Shown here: piece by piece, positions 1 to 9,659 of the stretch
Layout: the number at the start of each line of letters is the position of its first letter
Position numbering within the stretch: position 1 is the first letter of the stretch
Translations under genes and position numbers: made by a program
Assembly: GCA_965208575.1 (NCBI GenBank)
Contig: CBDBOV010000001.1
Coordinates: 320,001-384,000, forward strand
Reading direction: 5' to 3'
Length of the DNA: 64,000 nucleotides
Origin: Spirochaetia bacterium
GTDB lineage: Bacteria > Spirochaetota > Spirochaetia > SZUA-6 > Bin103
The notes under the pieces: generated by a model
What the model was told of the DNA's origin: nothing
Database searches by the model: none
The model's input: the letters and a program-made list of their open reading frames with translations, nothing else

Positions 1-434
1 TCGCCTGAGGTCAGGTCGCGACCCGCCACCAGCAGCCGCCGGCTCGCGGCGCCGCGGTTCAGCCGGTCGGTCTCCACACCCACGGCGGCCACGCCCGTGC
101 TGCGTTCGCCCGCCTGCAGCAGTCCCCCGAACAGCAGCTCCCTGCTCACGGTGCGCACTTCCGGAAGCGCCGTCACGACGCGCTCGACGCGGGCCAATGC
201 CGCGCCCGGTATGAGCGGCTGTGCGCCCGGGCTGCCGTGCTGGTAGTCGGCGTGGTGAATCTGCAGGTCGCCGGCCTGGTTGCGGATTCCAAGGCTCAGA
301 ACGGCGTACAGCCCCTGCAGGTAGGCGTGGCTCAGGAACAGCAGCCCGGTCCCGAGCGCGATGATCAGCACCGCGGCCACGGTGCGCCGCAGGTTGTGCA
401 CCACGTTGAGCAGCGCGCAAATGATCAGCGGCAC
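1..434 (-). CDS. ABC transporter permease, LolE/FtsX-like (N-terminal part; runs off the window)
   Basis: Manual translation from GTG at 434: VPLIICALLNVVHNLRRTVAAVLIIALGTGLLFLSHAYLQG, the typical N..R..LT + TM start of MacB/LolE permeases; follows the ABC ATPase. Confidence 0.75.
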   Translation of the reverse strand, partial: MPLIICALLNVVHNLRRTVAAVLIIALGTGLLFLSHAYLQGLYAVLSLGIRNQAGDLQIHHADYQHGSPGAQPLIPGAALARVERVVTALPEVRTVSRELLFGGLLQAGERSTGVAAVGVETDRLNRGAASRRLLVAGRDLTSG

Positions 435-438
435 GCGC

Positions 439-1143
439 CTACGCGCTCCGTTCCCGCAACTCGCCGTCGCGCATGTGCAGCAGCCGGTCGGTGGGCTCCA
501 CCAGCGAGCGGTCGTGGGTGACCATCACGAAGGTGCGCCCGTCGGTGTGCTGCTGCTCGCGCAGCAGGGCGTAGACGCACCGCGACGACCGCGCGTCCAG
601 GTTGCCGGTGATCTCGTCGCCGAGCACCACCTCCGGTTCCGCCACCAGGGCGCGGGCGAGGGCGACCCGCTGTCGCTGCCCCACGGACACGGCGTTGACC
701 CGCCGGGTGAGCAGATCCCCGATCTCCAGGCGGTCGGCGATGCGCCCGACGCGGCGCCGCCGCTCGCGCCGCGGGATGCGCGCCAGCAGCAGGGGAAACT
801 CGATGTTGCGGTAGCAGCTCATCAGCGGCACCAGCTCGAAGCCCTGCAGGACCACCGCCAGCCCGCGCCGGCGCAGGCGGGTGCGCTCGGCGTCGGTGTA
901 GCCGCGCAACTCCCGTCCGCGATAGCGGATGCGGCCCTCGTCGACGGTATCGAGGCCGCTGAGCACGTTGAGCAGGGTGCTCTTGCCGCTGCCGGAGGGC
1001 CCGAGCACGACCGCGAAGTCGCCGCGCCGCACGGTGAGGTCGACGCCGCGCAGCGCGGCTACCGCGCCGGTCTTGCTGGGGTAGCGCCTGGTCGCGCTCC
1101 GCGCCTCCAGCAGCGGTGGCCGCGCATGGGTGCGCCCGTTCAC
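439..1143 (-). CDS. ABC transporter ATP-binding protein (LolD/MacB-like)
   Basis: Walker A GPSGSGKS, signature VSVGQRQRVALARA, Walker B-like GDEITGNLD, VTHD. Confidence 0.93.
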   Translation of the reverse strand: MNGRTHARPPLLEARSATRRYPSKTGAVAALRGVDLTVRRGDFAVVLGPSGSGKSTLLNVLSGLDTVDEGRIRYRGRELRGYTDAERTRLRRRGLAVVLQGFELVPLMSCYRNIEFPLLLARIPRRERRRRVGRIADRLEIGDLLTRRVNAVSVGQRQRVALARALVAEPEVVLGDEITGNLDARSSRCVYALLREQQHTDGRTFVMVTHDRSLVEPTDRLLHMRDGELRERSA

Positions 1144-2042
1144 TGCAGCCGCTCCAGGTACAGCGCCGGGTCGTCGCCGGCGGCCAGGGCGCGGGCGGTC
1201 GCCACGGCCGGCGGGAAGCCGGGGGCGAACTCCAGCACCTGTGCGATCACCGCCGCCGCCTGCCCCGGTTCGCCGAGCTGGTGGTGGGTGACGCCGAGCC
1301 AGACGCCGGCGACCGCCCGTAGCGCCGGCGTCTCGCCGCCGAACGCTTTGCGGAAGTGCTTGAGCGCCTGCTTGCGGTCGCCGCCGAACGCCTTGGGGGC
1401 GTTGGCGAAGGTGAAGGCGAGGTTGAGGTGAGCCATCTGGTGGTCGGGATCGAGGTGCAGCGCGGTGGCGGTGGCCTGCCTGGCGGACCGGGCGAGCAGC
1501 ATCGCGCTGGCCGGGTTGGCGGCGATCTTCTGGCCCAGGATGGCGCCGTGCAGCGCGTGCCCGTCGGCGAAACCGACGCTCTGTTCCGCGAAGTGCTCGA
1601 TCTGCTCCAGCGCGCGGTCCAGGTAGCCGGCGCGTTCGTCGCCGCCGGTGCCGGCCAGCCGATGGTAGGCGTCGTACTCGATGCGGGCGCGCAGGTAGTG
1701 GTAGGCCGCCGGATCGCCGCGCAGCTCGTCGCTCCTCTCCCGCCAGCGCCGCATGTCGGCCGTGACCCGCGCCGGGTCGGGGGAGGCAGCGGTCGCCTGC
1801 CGGGCGAACCCCTCCGCCTGCACGCGCTCGTATTCGGCGAGCATCTGCGCCGCGGGTGGCGAGGGAGTGTAGTCGTGCAGTTCACGTGCGCCACCCGCGA
1901 AGCCGGCGGCCGTGCAGGTCAACAGCAGGATCAAAGTCGGGGCGGGCACTGCGGGTCGCGCGGGACGAAGAGCGTCGACCCATCGAGGTCGTCCGTCGGC
2001 CGCCACGGTCTGGTCGGAGTGGTACTGTTTCATCGTTTTCAT
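1140..2042 (-). CDS. TPR-like membrane-anchored/exported protein
   Basis: Hydrophobic N-terminal segment, helical TPR-like repeats (ALHLDPDHQMAHLNLA), overlaps ATPase start. Confidence 0.65.
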   Translation of the reverse strand: MKTMKQYHSDQTVAADGRPRWVDALRPARPAVPAPTLILLLTCTAAGFAGGARELHDYTPSPPAAQMLAEYERVQAEGFARQATAASPDPARVTADMRRWRERSDELRGDPAAYHYLRARIEYDAYHRLAGTGGDERAGYLDRALEQIEHFAEQSVGFADGHALHGAILGQKIAANPASAMLLARSARQATATALHLDPDHQMAHLNLAFTFANAPKAFGGDRKQALKHFRKAFGGETPALRAVAGVWLGVTHHQLGEPGQAAAVIAQVLEFAPGFPPAVATARALAAGDDPALYLERLQ

Positions 2043-2094
2043 CGTTCGTCTCCAATCTGCTAGACTTGCACTCCACGCCGCACACGAGCCGGTG

Positions 2095-2424
2095 TCACCG
2101 CGCCCGTTCGATGAGGCGGGTCAGGTTCTCGATGTGCTGCGCGAGGTGCTGCTGTCCGCCGGCGGTGAGCTGGTACCAGGTGACCGGGCGCCGTTCGCGG
2201 TAGGTCTTGTCGACCGCCAGGTAGCCGGCGTCCTCCAGCTTGCGCAGGTGGGTGCCCAGGCTGCCGTCCTTCTCCTCCAGCACTTCCTTCAGCCGGCGGA
2301 ACGACATCGCGTCGTACTTGGACAGCAGCACGCAGATCGCCAGCCGGACGCGATGCTGAAGGAGCCCGTTCAGCGCCGCCAGCTCGTCCAGGTCGGGAAC
2401 GTCGGGATCAACAGGCATCGTCAC
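2095..2424 (-). CDS. Winged-helix transcriptional regulator (MarR/HTH_34-like)
   Basis: HRVRLAICVLL...DGSLGTHLRKLEDAGYL...RRPVTWYQLT. Confidence 0.9.
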   Translation of the reverse strand: MTMPVDPDVPDLDELAALNGLLQHRVRLAICVLLSKYDAMSFRRLKEVLEEKDGSLGTHLRKLEDAGYLAVDKTYRERRPVTWYQLTAGGQQHLAQHIENLTRLIERAR

Positions 2425-2531
2425 TCAGCACCGCGCCAGGCGGTCTCGGGGCGCCTGCGGGCCTTGGTGGCGGGCGTTGCACCCGGAGCGCCGTTCGAAT
2501 GCAGCCGGTGTTCCGCCACGGGCCGCTATGG

Positions 2532-3101
2532 CTAACGGGCGGCATCGCGTGTGCGCGCTCCGAGGACCGCCTGCCAGACGAGCGCCCCCGCCACGAGGAC
2601 GCCGGCCAGCGTCCACTGGTACCCCGGTATGAACAGGGTCACCAGGTAACACACGCCGACTACCGCGCCCATCGCCAACATGCGGCGGTCCAGGTACAGG
2701 CCCGCATGAAAGTAGGACACGGCCAGCAGCAGCACCACGAGCGAACCGTACGCGGACCATGGCAGGTGTCCGGCTGCGACCAGGGCGGCGCCGAGCGCCC
2801 CGGCTGCCATGAATGCCAGCCAGTGCAATCCCCAGCGTGTGCCGGTCCGCGCGCCTCCCTGACCGGCATGGCGGCCGGCGCGATAGCCAAGCCATGCGGA
2901 GATACCGAATCCGGCGGGGCCCGCCACCGCCCAGAACCCTCCTACCCAGCGCCCGTCGGGTACGAAGTCCGCCAGCGCGAAGCCGCACAGCGAAATAACC
3001 GCCCACACCACGTATATCGACGGACTCGTCGCGGCTCCGGCCCGCTCGGCCGCGGCGCGCACGTACGCGATGTCTTCCTTGAGGTTGCCGGTCGTCGTCA
3101 C
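2532..3101 (-). CDS. Multi-pass membrane protein
   Basis: About six hydrophobic helices; N-terminal LKEDIAYVR typical of partners of this regulator family; GTG start chosen by me. Confidence 0.75.
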   Translation of the reverse strand: MTTTGNLKEDIAYVRAAAERAGAATSPSIYVVWAVISLCGFALADFVPDGRWVGGFWAVAGPAGFGISAWLGYRAGRHAGQGGARTGTRWGLHWLAFMAAGALGAALVAAGHLPWSAYGSLVVLLLAVSYFHAGLYLDRRMLAMGAVVGVCYLVTLFIPGYQWTLAGVLVAGALVWQAVLGARTRDAAR

Positions 3102-3149
3102 CTGTTTGCCCCCTGACTCTCGATCCGAGATAACTCTCGAATACCGTAT

Positions 3150-3186
3150 ACTCTGAAATATAGAGTGCATGGGGATGGGTTGTCAA
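3150..3186 (-). promoter_or_regulatory. Sigma70 promoter with overlapping palindromic operator
   Basis: Minus strand TTGACA (3186-3181)-N18-TATATT (3162-3157); inverted repeat ACTCT-N7-AGAGT at 3150-3166 covers the -10. Confidence 0.65.
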
Positions 3187-3297
3187 CCTCGGCAACCCCG
3201 GGCTTCGAGTTCGCACGCACGCTGAACGCGGCTATGATTGGTGGGACGCTGGTGTGGAGCGCCCGGGCTCGGATCGGCGAGCGAGGAGGTGGGCGGT

Positions 3298-4152
3298 TTG
3301 AGCGAGACTGTGCAGGCGGCGGAGCTGCCGAGTCTGACGGAGGATCTGGAGACGGCGCGGAGGGACCTCGCGGTGTGGGGTTACGCGATGATCGCGAATG
3401 CGCTGACGGCGGAACAGGTGCGGGAGTGCCGGGAGCGGCTGCGGTCCCAGGCGGCGGCGGAGGAGGCGGCCGGGATCGGGCACTTCGACAACGGCGAGCT
3501 TAAGCTGAATCAGCGGGTGTGGAACCTGGTGAACAAGGGCGGGGTGTTCCGCGACCTGCTGTTCCACCCGGTGCTGCGCGAGTTGCTGCCGGAACTGCTC
3601 GGCGAGGACTACACGCTGTCGAGTTTCACCGCGAACATCGCCGCGCCGGGCGGGGAGCCGATGGCGCTGCATTCGGACCAGGGGTACACGCCGCGCTCGT
3701 TGCCGATCCGGGTGGTGGTCAACACGGCCTGGATGCTGGAGGACCACTCGGAGGAGAACGGCGGCACGCGGCTGGTGCCGGGCAGCCACCTGTGGCCGGA
3801 GTTGCCCGCGGACAAGCCGGAGGTGGCAAGCATTGCCGCCACCGGGCCGGCGGGGACGATGGTGATGTTCGACGGGCGCCTGTGGCACGGCACCGGCGCC
3901 AACCGCACTACCCGCCGGCGGCACCTGCTGCTCGGCTACTTCTGCCGCCCGTGGATCCGGCCGCAGGAGAACTTCACCCTGTCGCTGCTCGACGAGCTGT
4001 ACGAGAAGGCTTCGCCCGAACTGCTCGGGCTGCTCGGATTCCGGACCCACGCCACGCTCGGCAACGTGAACGGCGTGATCGTCCCCAACGGCGCCCTGAT
4101 CGACCGCGGCCGGCAGGTAGGGCCGATGGAGGCTACCCCACCACCGGAGTAG
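3298..4152 (+). CDS. Phytanoyl-CoA dioxygenase (PhyH) family Fe(II)/2OG oxygenase
   Basis: LHSDQ (HxD), NGGTRLVPGSH, LWHGTGAN; SD GAGGAGGT before TTG 3298. Confidence 0.9.
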   Translation: MSETVQAAELPSLTEDLETARRDLAVWGYAMIANALTAEQVRECRERLRSQAAAEEAAGIGHFDNGELKLNQRVWNLVNKGGVFRDLLFHPVLRELLPELLGEDYTLSSFTANIAAPGGEPMALHSDQGYTPRSLPIRVVVNTAWMLEDHSEENGGTRLVPGSHLWPELPADKPEVASIAATGPAGTMVMFDGRLWHGTGANRTTRRRHLLLGYFCRPWIRPQENFTLSLLDELYEKASPELLGLLGFRTHATLGNVNGVIVPNGALIDRGRQVGPMEATPPPE

Positions 4153-4181
4153 CGCCGTGCCCGCAACAGAAGGTGCGGTGG

Positions 4182-4565
4182 TCAGGGAAACACGATCCGC
4201 ACGGAGTTCCTGGTAATCCGTGCGATGTAGGGAGGGAACTGAGTGCTCAATATCTGGCGAATGCGTGAGTCATGCTTGCGGAGCAGCTTCGCTTGGTCCT
4301 GTCCCGAGATGTTGTTGCTCCGAAATGCGAAGTATCGGACCTGATGATCCTTGACCGCTTGCAACTCGACCTCCGCACGACGAACCCGGTTGTCGCCGCT
4401 CAACACTGCCCAACCCTTGCCGCCTGCCAGCGCCAACCAGTGCGAATCATCCTGCTCTTTGGGGCTGAAGTGGTCGGAGTGAAGTTCCACGCCGTACCCC
4501 AAGGCCGACAGCGCGGCAGGTATCGTGTACCTGCCGAGACAGCGATCAACGAGGAAGGTGTGAAT
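4182..4565 (-). CDS. PIN-domain toxin, VapC45-like
   Basis: Frame extends upstream of the listed ORF to TFLVDRCLG; also DDSHWL and VLSGDNRVR; the plausible start is ATT at 4565 after AGGA. Confidence 0.75.
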   Translation of the reverse strand: MHTFLVDRCLGRYTIPAALSALGYGVELHSDHFSPKEQDDSHWLALAGGKGWAVLSGDNRVRRAEVELQAVKDHQVRYFAFRSNNISGQDQAKLLRKHDSRIRQILSTQFPPYIARITRNSVRIVFP

Positions 4566-4576
4566 CGCTCGTCCTA

Positions 4577-5272
4577 CTAGGCGGCGGAGCGAATACCGCG
4601 AAGATCCTGCTCGAAGTGTATGGCCTCTCGGATCCGTTCAATCGGCATCTCGTAGTCGTGAGCGAGCGCGTCCACCTCATCCCCCGCCCGGTGACGCTGG
4701 TACAGAATTTCCGTTGGTATGCCGGTCCCAGTAAGACACGGTCTGCCGAACTGAATGGAAGGGTTGATTTCGATGGTCTGCGGCTCCGCCGATTCTACTT
4801 CGGCAGAAGGGAACGGGTAGAGCCTGCGAGCTTCCCCAGCCGGGTGTCTCTCTATTCTCTGCAGAGCAGCTCGGAGCACCTTGTCGAGGTGAATCTGCTT
4901 GTCGTGGTCACTGACGTTGGTCAACAGCCCCGACACGCGAGCAAACAGCTCGTACCCATCGGTGAGGATGTCTTGCTCCGCCAATGGATGCTTCGATTTC
5001 CATGATTCGGAGAGGATTTCTATGGCAATTCTTACCCGGTACAACGTCACGCGGTGACGCTTCCGTATCGAGTTGAGCACGTGAAGTTCGACCAGGTTGC
5101 GAAACGACAGCATCCGGTGCCTGGAGTCGTCCAGTTGCAGTACTGGCTGGAACTGTCCCCAGCCGGTCTTCGCGCCAAGAAACCAAGCTCGAACGGTAGC
5201 TACCGGAGCCCTAACGTAGCGCGCCGCATCGGCGAACGTGTACGCACCGAGGGTGGGCACTTCACGGGTCAC
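4577..5272 (-). CDS. DUF433-containing antitoxin, VapB45/Rv2018-like
   Basis: N-terminal HTH (YTFADAARY, LSFRNLVELH) and C-terminal DUF433 (INPSIQFGRPCLTGTGIPT). Confidence 0.88.
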   Translation of the reverse strand: MTREVPTLGAYTFADAARYVRAPVATVRAWFLGAKTGWGQFQPVLQLDDSRHRMLSFRNLVELHVLNSIRKRHRVTLYRVRIAIEILSESWKSKHPLAEQDILTDGYELFARVSGLLTNVSDHDKQIHLDKVLRAALQRIERHPAGEARRLYPFPSAEVESAEPQTIEINPSIQFGRPCLTGTGIPTEILYQRHRAGDEVDALAHDYEMPIERIREAIHFEQDLRGIRSAA

Positions 5273-5404
5273 AGGCGGCGCCTTTCGTCATTTCCGGTCA
5301 TGCGAATTCTCCAACGGGCACCTGTTCCGTGGTGTCGGTGTGCCTCCCACCCATGTTGCCGATCGTACTGCCGTCCATCAGGCAGGTCAATTGACAAGGA
5401 GATT

Positions 5405-5761
5405 CTACGAACTCGACTCCATCACGTCCTGGAAGCGGACGAAGCCGTGCGCCTCGTAGAATCGTCGGGCGTCGTGGTTGTCCGTGTACACGTGGAGTTC
5501 GATGCGCTCCGCTCCTCGCCGCGCGGCCTCGGCCCGGATTCTGTTGATCAGAAGCGCGCCGATCCCCCGCCGGCGGTGCGTGCCGGACACCGCCATCTGG
5601 TCGACCATGAGCGACCGGCTGGCATACCGAAACGGATTCTCTGCCCTCACGGAGTCACACACCATGGCGTACCCGACGCAGACGCCCTGGAGGCGGGCCA
5701 CGAGCAATTGGAAGAGCTCGGTCGAGGGTATTGCCCTGCCCTTCCCGCCGAAGCGTTCCAA
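5405..5761 (-). CDS. GNAT acetyltransferase (start uncertain)
   Basis: HRRRGIGALL acetyl-CoA motif, NHDARRFYEAHGF. Confidence 0.8.
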   Translation of the reverse strand: MERFGGKGRAIPSTELFQLLVARLQGVCVGYAMVCDSVRAENPFRYASRSLMVDQMAVSGTHRRRGIGALLINRIRAEAARRGAERIELHVYTDNHDARRFYEAHGFVRFQDVMESSS

Positions 5762-5836
5762 CGGGCGCGGTCACGCAACGCCGCCGCCGGCGAGCGGGTG
5801 GCGCGCAGGCCGGCGGCGTTGCGGACCGGAATCCGG

Positions 5837-8080
5837 CTACGAGCCGTTGGACGCCTTGTGGGTGAGGATGCCTGCCAGTACGCGGTCCGGGGACATCGGC
5901 ACCTGGCGCAGGCGCACGCCGGTGGCGTCGGCGATGGCGTTGGCCACCGTCGCCAGCGGCGCCACGATGGCGTTCTCGCCCACGCCGCGCACGCCGTACG
6001 GGTGCTTGGGGTTGGGCACCTCCACCACCACGGTGTCGATCATCGGCAGGTCGAGGGCCACCGGCATGCGGTAGTCCAGGAAGCCGGCGTTCTCCATCAC
6101 CCCCTGCTCGTTGTAGAAGTAGCCTTCGTTGAGCGCCCAGCCGATGCCCTGGGCGGCGCCGCCCTGGAACTGGCCTTCCACGTAGCTCTTGTGCAGCGCG
6201 CGGCCGGCGTCCTGGCACACGGTGTAGCGCACCACGTCCACCTTGCCGGTGTCCTGGTCCACCTCCACGTCGCAGATGTGGGTGCCGAACGCCGGCGCCG
6301 CGAAGCGCGCGTTGATCGCCGCCTCGGCGCCGAGCGGACCGCCGGTCTGCGACGAGCTCCCGGCCAGGTCGCGCAGCGACAGCGGCTCCTCGGAGCCATT
6401 GCTGCCGCCGTTGCAGTGGGCGGCGCCGTCCTGCCAGGTGACCCGCTCCTTGTCCACCTCCCACACTTGGGCGGCGCGATCGCGCAGCAGGTCGATCAGT
6501 CTCTTGGCGGCTTCGTGGATCGCCATGCTGCTGGCGTAGGCGGTGCTGCTGCCCTCCGAGATGCCGTTCATGCCGACCGTGTCGGAGTCGCCGATGGAGG
6601 GGTTGATCTCGTCCACCGGGATGCCGAGTTCCTCGGCCAGGACCATGGCCTGGGCGGCGCGCGAGCCGCCGATGTCGGGGCGCCCGGTGATCAGCGACAC
6701 GCGCCCGTCGGGCAGCACCGAGATGTTGGCGGTGGCGTCGCCGCCGATGTTCATCCAGAACCCGCTGGCGACGCCGCGGCCCTGGTTCGGGCCGAGCGGT
6801 GCGCTGTAGTGCGGATGCGCCTTGGCGGCCTCGAGCGTCTCGACCATGCCGATTTGCGGGTAGACGGGGCCGTAGGCGGCCTTGGTGCCCTCCTTGGCGG
6901 CGTTCTTGAGGCGGAACTCGATCTTGTCCATGCCGATTTGCTCGCAGATCTCGTCGATGATGCTCTCGGTGGCGTGCGCGGCGTTGGGCGCCAGCGGGGC
7001 GCGGTAGGGGCGCATGAACGGCTTGTTGACCAGCACGTTGTAGCCCTTGATGTGGTAGTTCGCGACCTCGTAGGGGGCGGTCAGGCACATCATGCCCAGT
7101 CCCATCAGCGGCCCCGGGTAGCTGCCCGACTCGTACCACAGGTCGGCGTCCACGGCGGTGATGCGGCCGTCCCTGGTGGCGCCCATCTTGAGGCGGATGT
7201 GGCTGCCGGGGGCGGGGCCGCTGGAGGTGAACACCTCCTCGCGCGTCATCACCATCTTCACCGGGCGGCCGGTCTTCTCCGCCATCAGGATTGCCACCGG
7301 CTCCAGGAACACGGTGGTTTTGCCGCCGAAGCCGCCGCCGATCTCGGCGGGAATGGTCTTGATGCGCGACGGCGCGATGCCGAGCTGGCCGGCGGTCAGG
7401 TCGCGGATCGCGAAGTGGCCCTGGCTGGACACCCACAGCAGCACGTTGCCGTCCTCGCCCCAGCGCGCGACGCAGGCGTGCGGTTCGATGTAGCCCTGGT
7501 GGATGGTGGCGCTGTCGAACTCGTGCTCGATGATTACGTCGGCGGCGGCGAAACCCGCCTCCACGTCGCCGGCGTCGAACACGTTGGTGGTGGAGATGTT
7601 GGACGGCGGCGCCGCCTCGTCGCCGTCGGTGCGCAACTCGGGGTCGATGATCACGTTGCCCTGCGCCGCCTCCCACACGTCGGTCACGCACGGCAGCACC
7701 TCGTAGTCGACCTCGATCAGGCCGAGCGCCTGGTCGGCGATGGTGGGCGTGGCGGCCGCCACCGCGGCGACCGGCTGGCCCTGGTAGCGCACGTGGCCGC
7801 GGCACATCACCACGTTGGCGCTCACCTCGCTCGGCGTCTCGGACGGAAAGTCGTCCCCGGTCACCACCGCGAACACGCCGGCGAGCCCCTCCGCGGCGCT
7901 GGTGTCGATGGAGCGGATGCGCGCGTGCGCGTGCGGGCTGCGCAGCACCTTGCCGTGCAGCATGCCGGGCAGGTGGAAGTCGGCGCCGTAGTTGGCGCGC
8001 CCGGTCACCTTGTCCACGCCGTCGTGACGCACGGGCCGCGTGCCCAGCACCTTGTATTTCGCGGTTTTCGTATCGCTCAT
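5837..8080 (-). CDS. Xanthine dehydrogenase-family molybdopterin-binding large subunit
   Basis: DKVTGRANY, LRSPHAHARI, IGGGFGGK, EGQFQGG, GVRGVGE; true start MSDTK at 8080. Confidence 0.93.
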   Translation of the reverse strand: MSDTKTAKYKVLGTRPVRHDGVDKVTGRANYGADFHLPGMLHGKVLRSPHAHARIRSIDTSAAEGLAGVFAVVTGDDFPSETPSEVSANVVMCRGHVRYQGQPVAAVAAATPTIADQALGLIEVDYEVLPCVTDVWEAAQGNVIIDPELRTDGDEAAPPSNISTTNVFDAGDVEAGFAAADVIIEHEFDSATIHQGYIEPHACVARWGEDGNVLLWVSSQGHFAIRDLTAGQLGIAPSRIKTIPAEIGGGFGGKTTVFLEPVAILMAEKTGRPVKMVMTREEVFTSSGPAPGSHIRLKMGATRDGRITAVDADLWYESGSYPGPLMGLGMMCLTAPYEVANYHIKGYNVLVNKPFMRPYRAPLAPNAAHATESIIDEICEQIGMDKIEFRLKNAAKEGTKAAYGPVYPQIGMVETLEAAKAHPHYSAPLGPNQGRGVASGFWMNIGGDATANISVLPDGRVSLITGRPDIGGSRAAQAMVLAEELGIPVDEINPSIGDSDTVGMNGISEGSSTAYASSMAIHEAAKRLIDLLRDRAAQVWEVDKERVTWQDGAAHCNGGSNGSEEPLSLRDLAGSSSQTGGPLGAEAAINARFAAPAFGTHICDVEVDQDTGKVDVVRYTVCQDAGRALHKSYVEGQFQGGAAQGIGWALNEGYFYNEQGVMENAGFLDYRMPVALDLPMIDTVVVEVPNPKHPYGVRGVGENAIVAPLATVANAIADATGVRLRQVPMSPDRVLAGILTHKASNGS

Positions 8081-8362
8081 GTGTTTCCTCCGAAGACGTC
8101 CGAAGACGGTTGCCGATAGTGGCTTGCTTGCCGGCAGGGTAGACGAAACCGGGACTGTTCGACAACCGCTGCCGTCCGCACCCGCCTGGTCCGTTGCGGG
8201 GATCGCGTTTCCGCAACGCCGGCGATGCGGCCGGCGCGGGGGCAGTATGGCAGGCTGTCGGCTCCAGGAGCGCCTTCCTCGACTTCGACCGTGTCGGAGT
8301 TGCGGAACGACGGAACAGGGAGAGTGGCCGTTCCTGCTTGCTCGGTCTATACTGGCCGGTAC

Positions 8363-9382
8363 ATGGAGCCGGCTACCCCCCACAGCGGTCATTCTGCGCT
8401 TGACCCGCAATCCAGCGCTCCGGGAGCGGAGGCTGCCCCGCCGGGCGGGGTGCTGGCGAGGCCGGCCTTGAGCGTGGCGCGTGCCGCCACGGTCCGGGCG
8501 GCAGGGGTAGCCGCTCCGCCGCCGCCGCTGAACGTCGACATCGAATCTCTGGTAACCGAGGATGATACGCCGGTGGACAACATGCCCTCCGAGAAACAGC
8601 AGCGCCTGCTCACCGAGCCGCTGTACAGTTCGTGGGCCGGTCCGGGGGGCGGGCGCGCGTTTGTGGCGGCTGCCAACGTCGGCGTGTTTCCGGAGCCGCG
8701 CAACCCGGCGATCGTGCCGGACGTGTTCCTGAGCCTGGACGTGCAGGTGCACGAGAACTTCTGGGAGAAGAGGCACCGCTCCTACTTCGTGTGGGAGTTC
8801 GGCAAGCCGCCGGACCTGGTGGTGGAGATCGTGTCGAACCAGAAAGGCAACGAGGTTGGCAGCAAGCGGCTCAGGTACGCACGCATGGGTGTGGCTTACT
8901 ACGTGATCCACGATCCGTTTCACCGCGTGATGCGGGACGACCTGCGCGTGTACCGGTTGCGCGGCGGGCGCTACCAACGCCAGCAGTCGCCGCGGTTCCC
9001 GGAGCTGCGGCTGGGCATGCGCCTGTGGGAGGGCGAGTTCGAGGGCGTGTGGTGGAACTCGTGGCTGCGCTGGACGGACGAGCACGACGTGTTGATACCG
9101 ATGGGCAAGGAGCGCGCCGAGCACGCGGAGCACCTGGTGGTGGAGGAAAGCCGCCGTGCCGAGCAGGAAAGCCGGCGCGCTGAGGAGGAAAGCCGCCGTG
9201 CCGAGCAGGAAAGCCGGCGCGCTGAGCAGGAAAGCCGCCGTGCCGAGCAGGAAAGCCGGCGCGCTGAGGAGGAACACCGGCGCGCTGAGGAGGAACACCG
9301 GCGCGCCGAGGAGGAACACCGGCGCGCCGAACGCCTGGCGGCCTTGCTGCGCCGGTCGGGCATCGACCCCGAGCAGGCGTGA
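8363..9382 (+). CDS. Uma2-family (PD-(D/E)XK) endonuclease with C-terminal coiled-coil repeat tail
   Basis: PVDN..SEKQQRLL, VPDVFLSL, KPPDLVVEIVS, YYVIHDP; start uncertain. Confidence 0.88.
   Translation: MEPATPHSGHSALDPQSSAPGAEAAPPGGVLARPALSVARAATVRAAGVAAPPPPLNVDIESLVTEDDTPVDNMPSEKQQRLLTEPLYSSWAGPGGGRAFVAAANVGVFPEPRNPAIVPDVFLSLDVQVHENFWEKRHRSYFVWEFGKPPDLVVEIVSNQKGNEVGSKRLRYARMGVAYYVIHDPFHRVMRDDLRVYRLRGGRYQRQQSPRFPELRLGMRLWEGEFEGVWWNSWLRWTDEHDVLIPMGKERAEHAEHLVVEESRRAEQESRRAEEESRRAEQESRRAEQESRRAEQESRRAEEEHRRAEEEHRRAEEEHRRAERLAALLRRSGIDPEQA
9143..9331 (+). repeat. 21-bp tandem repeat x9 encoding E(Q/E)E(S/H)RRA heptads
   Basis: Directly visible GAGCAGGAAAGCCGGCGCGCT-like units. Confidence 0.95.
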
Positions 9383-9401
9383 GCGGCGGGTATTCCGCCG
9401 C
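9383..9401 (+). terminator. GC-rich hairpin after Uma2 gene
   Basis: GCGGCGG-GTATT-CCGCCGC; no U-tract. Confidence 0.4.
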
Positions 9402-9659
9402 CGATGGGGTGCTGTTTCCGAGAGCGGCTTGACCGGTGAGGGGGGCCGTGGGAGAGTCAGCGTCATGAAGGTGCAGACGGTACGCAAGGAACCACGTGCG
9501 CGCGGCGTACGCCGGTGAATCTCGCGCCGCGCCGCATCGTCTTGGCGTCCTTGCCGGGGCACACCGGACTGTGTCGCAGGCGTGCCCGTAGAGAGTGAGC
9601 AAGGGCCGGCAAACCACCGCAACCAACTCTCGCAGGTCAATAGGAAGGAGAGGATCTTC

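Noticed and set aside
5054-8119. 1021-aa and other long antisense ORFs (e.g. 15761-18391, 8871-11276, 40826-42763)
   Set aside because: Shadow frames of real genes, expected in high-GC DNA; no recognisable motifs.
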